A stretch of 64,000 nucleotides of DNA from the human T2T-CHM13v2.0 reference genome, Homo sapiens, in the NCBI RefSeq assembly GCF_009914755.1, contig NC_060929.1; one strand, 5' to 3'. Numbering within the stretch: position 1 is the first letter of the stretch; every line of letters starts with the position of its first letter. Below, one piece after another: positions 1-11,512 of the stretch. Made by a program: the position numbers and the translations under genes. The notes beneath the pieces are model-generated. The model was not told the DNA's origin. It saw only the letters and a program-made list of their open reading frames with translations, and made no database searches.

Positions 1-1284
1 TTATTACACCGGGTCCATTTTTTTTTAAGGGAGCAGATAGGAATGTCCCTTTCTCTCACAGCACATACACTGTGACTACTTCTTTTACTTATCAGATGCT
101 ATTTCTACTTCACCTCAAACCATATTAGTAATTAACTGGTTTGATAATGCCACTGCAAGAAAATGAAGCCTTTAGAAAAAAATCTCAGACTGTTGAAGTG
201 GATTGATATTGCTGTACTCAAAGCTGAGTCAATTCTAGAAAATATTGCTCATGACCATATTACATATGCACACAAATATACACAGATGAATGGGCATGAA
301 ATTTATTAAAAATGGAAGTCCTAACTATAGAAGAAAGAGGCTAAGGATTTTGTGCCATAAGAAATAAGAAAAGAATTAGGATAAAGTGAACTGATAATGG
401 AAGAGATCTTTAAGGTTGCACTCATACTATAAATGAGACTCATTCATCAATATAACTCATTGATTCATATTTTGATATGTGACCAGGAAGTTTTGTTGGG
501 TGTAATATCAAATTTTTATCAATGCTAAATATTTATTTTTTGCAACCACTTAGTATACATTAGTATCCATGATGTTCATCAGATATGACAATGAACAGAA
601 TGATTTGAAATAAGAGACATGGCTTTAATGATCTCAGGGTTAATGATCTCAGAATTATGTGAGAATTTTACTCCTGGGCATAACAGATTAAGAAGTCAGG
701 ACATAAAATATGTATATAATATCAGATATATAATCCTGAAATAGTGACAAAGTGAATTGTGTGATATTATTGAATATTTTATCCTATCATTTTAAAGATA
801 TAATACTACAGGCATCAACAATATAATGGTATCATTGTATAAAGATGAGATCATGCCATACTCACTAATTTTTTTGAGTGCCATTTGATATACAATATTG
901 AAAACTATAATACAGCATCAATATTGAAAACTATAATACACACACAAACATTCACACACACACACACATTCTTGGAGAACATCTGCTGTAAATGTTAAAA
1001 AAATACTGACTAAAGTGCGACACAACTAGTGAGTTGAGAGTACAAAAGATGATAGTTTCATAGAGTAATAGGAAAGAAATGGAAAAAAGTAATGTCTGCC
1101 TTCAGGTGTGAAGACAATTTAGTAATAAGAATTTTGAGTGTTTAAAGAAGCAGCTAGTGGTTTTGGGAAAACATAAATGATTAAGGCACCTGGTAAAAAT
1201 AGGTTGCATATCAGTGAAGGTATTACAGAGTCTCCTGGAACTGTTGAACCCAGAAATACACCTTACTCTCTTTCTCCCTGTATA

Positions 1285-1560
1285 TATCATCCCTTGACAT
1301 CAGTGGGGGTTGGTTCAAGGATTCCCTGTGGATTCCAAATCCAATGATGCTCAAGCCTCTTATTTAAAATGGTGCAGTATTTGCATATAGGTTCCACATA
1401 TCTCTAATGCAATGTAAATGTGTAAATGCTAGGAAAATAGCTGTTATACTGTATTGTTATTTAATTTTATAGTTTGTATTGTATTTTTATTTTTTATATT
1501 TTGAATATTTTTGATTTTTGATGGGTTGAATCTGTGGATGTGAAACTGTGGATACAGATG
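1285..1560 (+). mobile_element. MER2-family (TcMar-Tigger) non-autonomous DNA transposon, degraded
   Basis: Matches recalled MER2 motifs: 'gtgggggttggttcaaggattccctgtggattccaaatcc..gatgctcaag' and 'ggttgaatctgtggatgtgaaactgtggataca'. Confidence 0.8.
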
Positions 1561-1564
1561 TATT

Positions 1565-1636
1565 TTATATATATACATATATATACACACACACACATAT
1601 ATATACATATACTCTATATGTACATGTATGTACATG
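1565..1636. repeat. Mixed (TA)n/(CA)n low-complexity tract
   Basis: Seen directly: tatatatacatatatatacacacacacacatatatatacat. Confidence 0.85.
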
Positions 1637-2430
1637 TAGTCATTCACTGCATAATGCTTTGGCTAAGGACAAACAGCATGTACCAGGGTGGTCCCATAAA
1701 ATTATATTACCATCTAGATGATCCTGACCCTGTGTAGGCCTAAACTAATGTGTGTGTTTGTGTCTTAGTTTTTAACACAAAAATATAAACAATAAAATTT
1801 TAAAAATAGGGAAAAATTTATAGAATAAAAGTAAAAAGAAACAATTTCTGTACAGCTGTACAATGTGTTTGTATCTTAAGCTATTACAAGTCAAAAAGTT
1901 AAAAAATTTTAAAGTTAAAACGTAAAAAAGTTATAGTAAGCTAAAGTTAATTATTACTGAAGGAAGAAAAATGTTTTTAAAGAAATTTAGTGTTGTCTAT
2001 GTGTGACGTGTTAAAGTCTACAGCAGTGTACTGTAATGGCCTAGGTCTCCACGTTCATTCACCACTCACTCAGTGACTCACCGAGGGAAACACTCAGTCC
2101 TGCAAGCTCCATAGATGCTAAGTGCCCTATACAGATGTGCCATTTAAAAATAGTTTCTGCCTATTCTTACTATATATTTTCTATGTTTAGATAAGTTTAG
2201 ATACACAAATGCATACCTTTATGTTTCAATTACCTCCAGTATTTAGTATAGTAACATGTTGCACAGGTTCCTAGCCTAGGAACAATAGGTTATACCATAC
2301 AGCCTAGGTGTCTAGTATACAATACCATCTAGGTTTGTGTAAATGTACTCTATGATGTTCACACAATAAGAATATTGCCTAAGAAGGCATTTCTCAGAAT
2401 GTATCTCCATTTTTAAGACAGACATCACAG
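1637..2430 (+). mobile_element. Tigger3 (Golem/MER7) family DNA transposon, internally deleted
   Basis: 5' 'tagtcattcactgcataa..ggtggtcccataaaattata' and 3' 'gcctaggaacaataggttataccata..ctaggtttgtgtaa..catttctcagaatgtatc' match recalled Tigger3 ends. Confidence 0.85.
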
Positions 2431-3134
2431 TACTCAAATGACAGTTGCATTTTTTTCATATAGCAGGTATTTTTAATGAGTACATCTGATAAACAACAAC
2501 AAAATTAATAAAAGTCTTTTTAACTGAGGACTTCCTAATAGAATGAAGAGAAACAAAGGTATATTAAAACTACCGGATAATTTCTCTTGAAAAAAGAACA
2601 TTAATGTTATTTATACACAGCAGTAAACATACCTTTAAGTTTAGGAAAATCATATTAAAAAGCAGAGAAGTATTTATTAATAAATAAAATTATTAAATAG
2701 AATACACCTGTTGACATAGGATGATGTCATTATGTTGACAAGTAACTTTTGCAAAAGCAACATTGTTTTATCTTTTTGGGAATTTGAAGACGATTGAGTT
2801 AAATAGATGATTTGAAGTAAAATATCAATGGTTGATAAGAGATCTACCCTGCCTCTTATTTAATTGTGTATGGGTTTTTTTGTATTATTTTCTTTTGTTT
2901 TTAATTGATATTTTAGTTTGATACGAATTTCCATTTAAATGCAATAATGTTTATATAATATTGGCCATAATATGCATCAAACATAACCAAAAAGAAAGAA
3001 AGAAGAGGGAGACAGGAGAGAGTAAAACAAAATAAAATATAGAAATGATTTTTTTCAGTAAATAACATTTAATTGTGATGCACATGTTTTCATGTAAGTA
3101 CTGTATCACAGAAAAAAATACTGTAAGCTTAAAT

Positions 3135-3588
3135 ACAATCTCAAGATTGTCAGGAGAACTGATTAATTTTGCTCTCATTCCCATTTTCTCAACAATCTTT
3201 GTCTTCAGAGTGAATAAATACAGTGTCACTCTGGGTTCGCTTGGCAATCTTAAAATTGTCACAAGAATGGATTGGGTGCCGTTTCCTCTTCTTGTTACAA
3301 TCTTTGTCATGAGCTCTCACAGACCTTTTAATGCCTGATATGCTCTCATTCTCATTACATATTCTCATTCCCATAACAAAGATTATAATGAAAGAAGAAA
3401 ATGTCATAAAATTAATCCATTCTCATAACAGTCTGTAATGAGCGCAGAAAATTGAGCAAAATTAATCCGTTCTCATAACAATCTGAAGATTGTAATGAGA
3501 ACAGAAAATGGCATGAAATTTATCCTTCTTGTGACAATCTTTAAATTGTAACAGGGCAGGAATGGGATACAAGATTAACAAGGCCCTG
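3135..3588. repeat. Imperfect inverted-repeat array of ~55-60 bp hairpin units; possibly an ancient hAT remnant
   Basis: Left-arm motifs are near reverse complements of right-arm motifs, and the right arm has three tandem units. See findings. Confidence 0.7.
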
Positions 3589-3635
3589 GGACAAAGGCTC
3601 TAACTAGAACTGAAAAATCATACAAAATTAGTTTG

Positions 3636-3727
3636 GGTGTGTGTGTATGAGTGTGTGTGTGTGTATGTGTATGTGTGTGTGTATGTATATGTGTGTGTGT
3701 ATGTGTATGTGTGTGTGTATGTGTGTG
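3636..3727. repeat. (TG)n/(TGTATG)n compound microsatellite
   Basis: Seen directly. Confidence 0.95.
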
Positions 3728-6499
3728 GTTGACAAAGACAGGAAAAGATCTGACATTATAATGTCTGGTTCCATCGGGATATCATATTAAAATTAGTAAC
3801 TATTTTAAATTGCCTTTGCCTTAAAATATTAAAGCCTGACGCCTTTCCAAAGATGGTGATTTAAAACAAATATGGATGTTCACTCTTCAAGTAGACTCTG
3901 AGGTTAAACTATTTTAGTAAGTAGGATAATAAAAAAAATGGAATTTGTTATTGCATTCGTGGATAAACCATTTATTATTCAATAACTTTATTTTTTAAAA
4001 TGTGACTTAAAATGAATAACAGCATATTTAGCCTAATATAGAGCAATAGTTGTCTGATCATGAATTTCAACATATTTGTTTACACATCTTACCCATGTAT
4101 TTGTGTGTACATATACTACACCCTACCATATTATGGCCTGTTTTCACCAGCAAACATTAGTGGTCAAATAGTCAGGCTTTGGTTTACATTAACTTTTTAA
4201 AACTAGGTTACCTAATGTATAATTTCTTCACTTTAGTCACTCAATTAATTGAATTTGTGATTGCCTTTCACAGTGTTTTAGTTTTAAATATTCTTATTTT
4301 CTAAAAGAAACTAAGGTCAGATAACACTTGCATAGGCCTACAAATCTGTTCAAGCAGAACATGAACAGCTTTTTATTTCCCTGTATAATTTGAGTATAAA
4401 CAATTTAATGATTTAATGTGCTACTTATTCTCACTTATTAGGGCATGCGTATTTGTGCATGGAATCTATTTTTAAAATATTTATTTAACACTCACCTGAA
4501 AACATGTATTATAAATAGATTTATGAATGTATGCACACTTTATAACAATTATAACCTTTTTTCCCAGAAGTACAGGCTTAAGCAATTATTTCAATTTCTT
4601 AACCAACAACCCATCATTTTAAAGATATACATTAGGAGCTAATAATGAATGGCAATAATATTAAATATTTCAAAGACTTCTATTTGTGGAACATCAAAAT
4701 GAAAAGGCTCATTCATATTGTTGTTTCCCCTTTTTTAAGACTCTGCACCTCCAATGACATTTCAGAAAATTACCAGTATATCAGTGAAATTGCAATAAAT
4801 TATTGAGATGTGAACCTATTTTATGATATTATCCTGATATTTTAAAAGGAAATATCTATTTGAAAAACCTCACTGTTATATGTAATTATTTTACTGGTTG
4901 AGAATGAATTATTGAACATCAATTTTCTTAAACATAAAAGATAGTATTTTGAAAAATTGGAGGTATAGTTTAGCATTTTTAAATAATAGGCTTCTATTAG
5001 GCAGCTATTAGGTTTTTCCTATCTGAAGACTAGGTTTGAATGATTTGCTAAGCCATATTTTCCATTGTTTTGTTTTGACAAAAAGAATATACAATTGTAA
5101 CTGCAATTAAGTTCTTTTTTGATAAAAATAAAATTAGAGACTAATCGAAATAAGCAAATCTGGACAGGATCATGGCTCCATATTCTGAGAAACATGCAAG
5201 GCCTGGGCTTAAATTGCCACCCATTTTTCAACATCCAGAGGGAAGATAAATACAGTGATTCATAGTACTTGTGAAAACCTTCAGAAAGTAAACCTTTTGC
5301 TTCATGGAAAAATGAAAAATTTGGGAGGTTGCACTTTTCATCATCAACAAAAGCTATTTTTGCAGACCAAAGAAGAAATGAAAAACTTTTCATTTATTTA
5401 GCTGTTCCTGGAAAGGTTGTAAAAGGTCCTATCATGAAAGACGTAAAGGAAGAGCTGTTCATAGAAAGCTTTGAAAGAACAAACATCATAAGCACAGATT
5501 CCTATGGTAGGTGGAATATTGTAGGACGGTACAGGGGCCAAAGCACCAGGATATGATCCCAGAAGAGGAGACTCTTCTCTGTACCTTTTCCATTGTTCCC
5601 ACCTTTTATATACTTAGCTATAGGTACGGTCCAATTTGATGTGCTATTCTGCGTGAAAATCCACATTTTCAGAAAAAAAATAAATAGTAGAAATTCTCTT
5701 AAAAATCATTTTACTGTATAGTATACTATGGGCCAGATTTATAAAGTTCATTTTTATAATTCCAGTGAAATATATGTCACCCTCAGGATAGGCTCTTCCA
5801 AATTGTACTGGTATGGTACTCCTGTCTTTTTATCTGAATTTCTTGATAGATACTACCAAATAAACTTCTTTGTAGAAAGTAAAAATAGCCGTTTCTGACA
5901 ATTGCACAATTTACATGCTAAATCTTTTCTAGTACATGAAGATATTCAACATTTCACATCACAATTATTAAAAAAAAAAAATAACCACATGGAGAACGTT
6001 TTGTGTCTTTTACCAGTCGTGTGTAAATTCCTTTCCTGGGGTAGAAACACCAAGGGATTGTGCTAGTCAGAGCAGCAGGTGAAGAAAGTCTTGAGGAAGA
6101 AAAAAGGGATTTAACAATATAGGACAGAGAGGCCAGTGGAGCACTGCTCAAGGACAGAATTGCCAGAGAGTAGAACCCCTGGATAGCAACAGAGTTAAAA
6201 AGTGATTTGGGACTTTATTAAAAAAATTGTATTGTGTATAGAATAAAAAAAGTATCTGTTATTTGAAAAATGCTGAATAATGTATATATTGTCCTTTATT
6301 TCACTTGCATAAATGGAATTTTGTTTTGGGAGCTTGAAAAACAGGGTAAATGATATTGATGATATTGAGTTATACATCTAGACAATGGAGAAAATAATAT
6401 TCAAAACAAGAAAGAAGTACAACAAGTATCATTTTAATGCAACTGATAACTACATTCAACCATTTTCCCCTATCACATTTATGTTTCTCACTTATAAAA

Positions 6500-6670
6500 G
6501 GAAATTTTCCTTAATAGCTATTTTTTTAAAAACTCTGTGGATAGTTTGAAAACTTGTGAATATTCTGTTCTCCAGTGATGTTACTCCCACTGGTTTTAGC
6601 ATTTATTGGCGAAGATTTCCAGAGGGGAAAGTGCGATTTCTAAAGAACTTACTACTTATTCATTTATTAT
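6500..6670 (-). mobile_element. Old L1M (L1MC-like) 3' fragment
   Basis: 'tattctgttctcc..cccactggttttagcatttattgg..gtgcgatttctaa' resembles recalled antisense L1MC4/5 3' sequence. Confidence 0.4.
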
Positions 6671-6799
6671 TTTAAAATTTATTTTGCATGGGTACATTTT
6701 TCTGCAGATTATTAATGCCTGAAATATTCACGGATAATAAAAATGGTCGCTGTTGCTAAGAGAGAATAAACAATGAGAAAAACAGTGGTAGAGGAAATT

Positions 6800-7175
6800 A
6801 GAAAGATAACATAGTTTGGGGAGATAAGGTAGGGTCTTGTAAACTCTTCCAAGAGATTTGTCTTTTATTTTGAGTGACAAGAGGAACCACTGTAGAGTTT
6901 TGAGTAAAGCAATAACAAAATTTGACTTATTTGTCAATAAAACCACCGCGGATGTTGAGTTGAGGTTAGATTTAAAGGGAACTAGGGTATAAATCAAAGA
7001 TCAGATAGAAGGGAATTATAAAGATTGTCTTACAGGAGATAATGGTGGCTTATGCTAGGATGGTAGCTGTGGAGGCAGTGAGAAACTGTCAGATGCTGCA
7101 TATAGTTGGAAGGAAGAGTCATCATGGTTTCTTGACAGACTGGATATGAGTTTTGAAAAAAATATAATTAAAGTT
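6800..7175 (-). mobile_element. L2 LINE fragment
   Basis: 'ggaaccactgtagagttttgag..ggagataatggtggcttatgctaggatggtagctgtggagg' is typical antisense L2. Confidence 0.75.
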
Positions 7176-7211
7176 TTTGCACAGAACTTTTATTTTTCCA
7201 TCTTTCTATGT

Positions 7212-7812
7212 TTCTAGTCTGCTATCCTCTGCATTCAGGCGTTAGCCCTCAGGCTTGCCCTCTCATAGTTGCAGAATGATTGCTGCCATTTCCAGCATCA
7301 CCTGATCACACAAGAATATTCAAAACTAGAAGAAAGAACCTTCATTTATTGTGTGCCTGCATTTGTAAGGTTATACCATTTGTAGTTTATACCATACAGC
7401 CTAGGTGTCTAGTACACGATACCATCTAGGTTTGAGTAAATATACTCTAAGATGTTCATACAATGAGAATATTGCCTAAGAAGGCGTTTCTCAGAATGTG
7501 TTTCCATTTTTAAAACAGACATCACAGTACTCAAATGACACTTGCAATTTTTTCAAATAGCAGGTATTTTTAATGAGTACATCTGATAAACAACAACAAA
7601 ATTAATAAAAGTCTTTTTAACTGAGGAGGTAAAAGTCTCAGAATCTCCTCCATAAGATTATCCACATTCATTTCTTGCTTAACAGAATTCCAAAGTCCAT
7701 CATTGTCAAAATGAATGTAGTTACCTTGTTGTGATTACCCCTTGGAAGGGAGGGTTCTGTTAGTAAATAAAAGATGAGGAAATTATTCAGGCAGCCAACA
7801 GTTCCTGTAACA
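7212..7812 (-). mobile_element. Old MLT1 (MaLR, MLT1K/L-like) LTR, interrupted by a templated insertion at about 7361-7627
   Basis: 'ctcatagttgcagaatgattgctgccatttccagcatcac' upstream and 'agggttctgttagtaa..caggcagccaacagttcctgtaaca' downstream. Confidence 0.6.
7387..7627 (+). repeat. 241 bp dispersed direct duplication of 2290-2530
   Basis: Hand alignment: gap-free, about 14 substitutions in 241 bp (~94% identity). Confidence 0.95.
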
Positions 7813-8951
7813 AATAGGAAACTCTTAACTTCAATTAAAGAATATTAACTTGCTTTTATTCTGTCCTAACAACTTATGGTGAACTAAAATACACTACACA
7901 TGGGTAGTTTGTTTCCATTGGTCCAGCTGTTCCTGTCTGAAAGCTCAGTGGATCAGAGATAAGGTCGAAAGCAGTTGAGCAGTGACACCCTTTAATTATG
8001 GCACTCCAACTTCTCCTGGTACTCAATATTCTTACTAATAGAGAGAATCTATTTCAATTTCTACTTAAATCAAACTGAACTTGCAGCTTATTCTCTAAAG
8101 GTTAGTATTCTTCCCTAACATTCCTATGACTGTATTCTGGCTTACAAAGGAGCGGAAGTATCAGATATCATGAATAGATGAAACCTTTGTACACATACCC
8201 CAATTTTCTCAGTTTGAACCATAATAATAAGTTAATCTACAAATCCAAATTTTCCAACTTTTCAGAACACTCTCTTAAGTAAGACAGATAAATGTTTAGT
8301 TGTGGTTGGTAATTTAGAAGAGAAGACATTTGGAAAGTAAAATAGCTATCAATTAATATAGGGATATCAATGGTAATAATTGTAGCAGTAACAGAGATTT
8401 TTTTATGTGCCACACACTTTTGAAATAATACATATATACACTAAATTAACCCTCATACTAACCCTATATGACATGACACAGCGAATCTAGGAAAACTGGC
8501 CATGGTCTCAAGATAGTAGATAGATATATTATGAAAATAGAAACTATTACACTTGGAATGTAGCTGTGTTTCTTTATTAAGAGTTACCCGTCCAAACTTT
8601 GTCTCTCTGGAAGTGCAGATCTGATGCAAGAGAACAAATAGATTGTTTGCTAAGTAGTCTTGGGAACATTCTCCCCAATTTCACAAGGACCCCTTGCCCT
8701 TAAGTTTGCCCTACTTTATTCTATATTTTCTAAGCAGAAGGAACACTTATTTCACGTCAGGAAGACCCTGCCAGGTAGGTCCGTCTCTTCCCACCATTGC
8801 TAATGGAAAGGGTCTTTATCTCCAGCCCTGGATAGTCCTTGTTTGCCATGGATGTTACCTCTACTGTGAAAGCTGTGGTCCCTGGGCCACCCAGTCTTTG
8901 CGTTCTAGTCTAAAACTGTTTGTGAATTTGTCCACCTGTCTCTCATTTTAC

Positions 8952-11512
8952 TTTTTTTTAAATAATTATTTTTATTTCAATTGTTTTAGGGTACAGGTGG
9001 TTTTTGGTTACATGGATGAGTTTTTTAGTGGTGATTTCTGAGATTTTGGTGCACTGGTCACCAGAGCGTTGTACACTGTACACAATATGTAGTCTTTTAT
9101 CCCTCATGCCCCTCACAACCTTCCCCCACCAAGTCCACAATGTCCATTACATCATTCTTATGCCTTTGGATCCTCACAGCTTAGCTCCCACTTATAAATG
9201 AGAACATATAATATTTGGTTTTTCATTCCTGAGTTACTTCACTTAGAATAATGGCCTCCAGCTCCATTCATGTTGCTGCAAAAGACTTTATTTCTTCCCT
9301 TCTTACGGCTGTGTAGTATTCCATGGTGTATATTTACCACATTTTCTTTGTATATTTGTTGATTGATGGGCACTTAGGTTGGTTCCATATCATTGCAATT
9401 GTGATTTATGCTGCTATAAACATGTATGTGCATGTGTCTTTTTCATATAATGACTTCTTTTCCTATGGGATTGTTGGATTGAACAGTAGTTCTACTTTTA
9501 GTTCTTTAAGGAATCCTCATAATGTTTTCCACAGAGGTTGTACTAGTTTACATTCTCACCAGCCATGTAAAAGTGTCCCCTTTTCACCACATCCATGCCA
9601 ACAGCTATTGTTTTTTGACTTTTTCATTATGGCCATTCTGCCAGGAGTAAGGAGGTATCACACTGTGGTTTTAATTTCCATTTTCCGATTATTAGTGATG
9701 TTGAGCATTTTTTCATATGTTTGTTGGCTGTTTGTATGTCTTGTTTTGAGAATTGTCTATTCATCTCCTTTGTCCACTTTTTGATAGGATTTTTTTTTTT
9801 TGCTAATTTCTTTGAATTCCTTGTAGATTACTAGTCCTTTATCAGATGCATAATTTGTCAATATTTTATCCGACTCTGTGGGTTGTCTGTTTACTCTGCT
9901 GATTATGTCTTTTGCTGTGCAGGAGCTTTTTAGTATATTTAGGTCCCATTTATTTTGTTTTTGTTATATTTGCTTTTGGGGTCTTAGTCATGATATATTT
10001 GCCTAAGGCAATGTCTAGAAGAATTTTTCTGATACTCTCTTCTAGAACTTTTATGATTTCAGGACATGACATAGGCCTGATAGGTAGTCTTTGATCTCTC
10101 TTGAGTTGATTTTCTTTATGAGAGATGGAGATCCAGTTTCATTCTTCTACACGTGGCTTGCCAGTTTTCCCAGCACCATTTATTGAATAAGGTGTCATTT
10201 CCTCAATTTACATTTTAGTATGCTTTGTTGAAGGTCAGCTGGCTGTAAGTATTTGGCTTTATTTCTGGATTTGCTATTCTGTTCCATTGGTCTAAGTGCC
10301 TATTTTTATACCATTACCATGCTGATTGGTGACTATAGCTTTGTAGTATAATTTGAAGTTGGATTTGTTCCAACTCCAGATTTGTTTTTGTTGCTCAGTC
10401 TCACTTTGGCTATACAGTCTCTTTTTTGATTCCACGTGAATTTTAGGAATGTTTTTTCTAGTTCTGTGAAGAATGATTATGGTATTTTGATGGGAATTGC
10501 ATTGAATCTGTAGATTGCTTTGGGCAATATGGTCATTTTCACAATATTGATTCTACCCATTTATGAGCATGGGATGTGTTTCCATTCATTTGTTTTATAT
10601 ATGATTTCTTTCAGCAGTGTTTTGTAGTTTTCCTTGTAGAGATCTTTTACCTCCTTGATTAAGTATATTCCTAAGTATTTCATTTTATTTTATTTTATCT
10701 TATTTTTTGCAACTGTTGCAAAAAGGATTGAGTTCTTTACTTGATTCTCAGCTAGGTTGTTGTTGTTGTATAGCAGTGCTACTGATTTGTGTACTTTGAT
10801 TTTGTATCCTAAAACTTTACTAAATTTGTTTATCAGATCTAGGAGCTTTGCGGATGAGTCTTTAGGGTTTTCTAGATATACAATCATATCATCAACAAAC
10901 AGACAGTTTGTCTTTGACTTCCTCTTTTCCAATTTGGATGCCCTTTATTTCTTTCTCTTGTCTGATTGTTCTGGCCAGGACTTCCAGGAGTATGTTTAAT
11001 AGAAGTGGTGAAAGTGGGTATCCTTGTCTTGTTTCAGTTCTCAGGGCAAATGCTTTCAGCTTTTCCCCATTAAGTATGATGTTGGATGTGGTTTTGTATT
11101 ATATTGGTTTTATTACTTTAAGGTAAGTTCCTTCTACATCTATTTTATTGAAGGTTTTTATCATAAATGAATGCTGGATTTTATCAAATGCTTCTTCTGT
11201 GTCTATTGAGATGGTCATATGATTTTTGTTTTTGTTAATGTATTATATTTGTTTTATTACTTTAAGGTAAGTTCCTTCTACATCTATTTTATTGAAAGTT
11301 TTTTATCATAAATGGATGCTAGATTTTATCAAATGCTTCTTCTGTGTCTATTGAGATGGTCATATGATTTTTGTTTTTGTTAATGCATTACATTTATTGA
11401 ATTGTGTATGTTAAATCATCGCTGCATCCCTTGTGTGAAACCGCTTGTTTATGGTGGATTATCTTTTGGATATGCTGTTGGATTCTGTTAGGTAGTATTT
11501 TGTTGAGGATTT
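8952..11512 (-). mobile_element. L1PB (L1PB1/2-like) 5'-truncated LINE-1: 3' UTR and degraded ORF2
   Basis: L1PB-type 3' end 'gtttttggttacatggatgag..tttagtggtgatttctgagattttggtgcac'. The ORF at 10690-10932 ([13 protein letters not shown]) contains the L1 RT motif. Confidence 0.9.

Noticed and set aside
2951-3407. Overlapping ORFs of 72-119 aa
   Set aside because: A by-product of the palindromic repeat; non-coding composition and no domain similarity.
3399-3560. Palindromic repeats resembling a CRISPR array
   Set aside because: Primate DNA, degenerate units, no unique spacers of regular length and no cas genes.
8473-8950. LTR-like sequence flanking L1PB (also 11515-11670 and 60570-61050)
   Set aside because: The composition suggests old LTRs, but I could not match a family or find termini or TSDs, so they are not listed as features.
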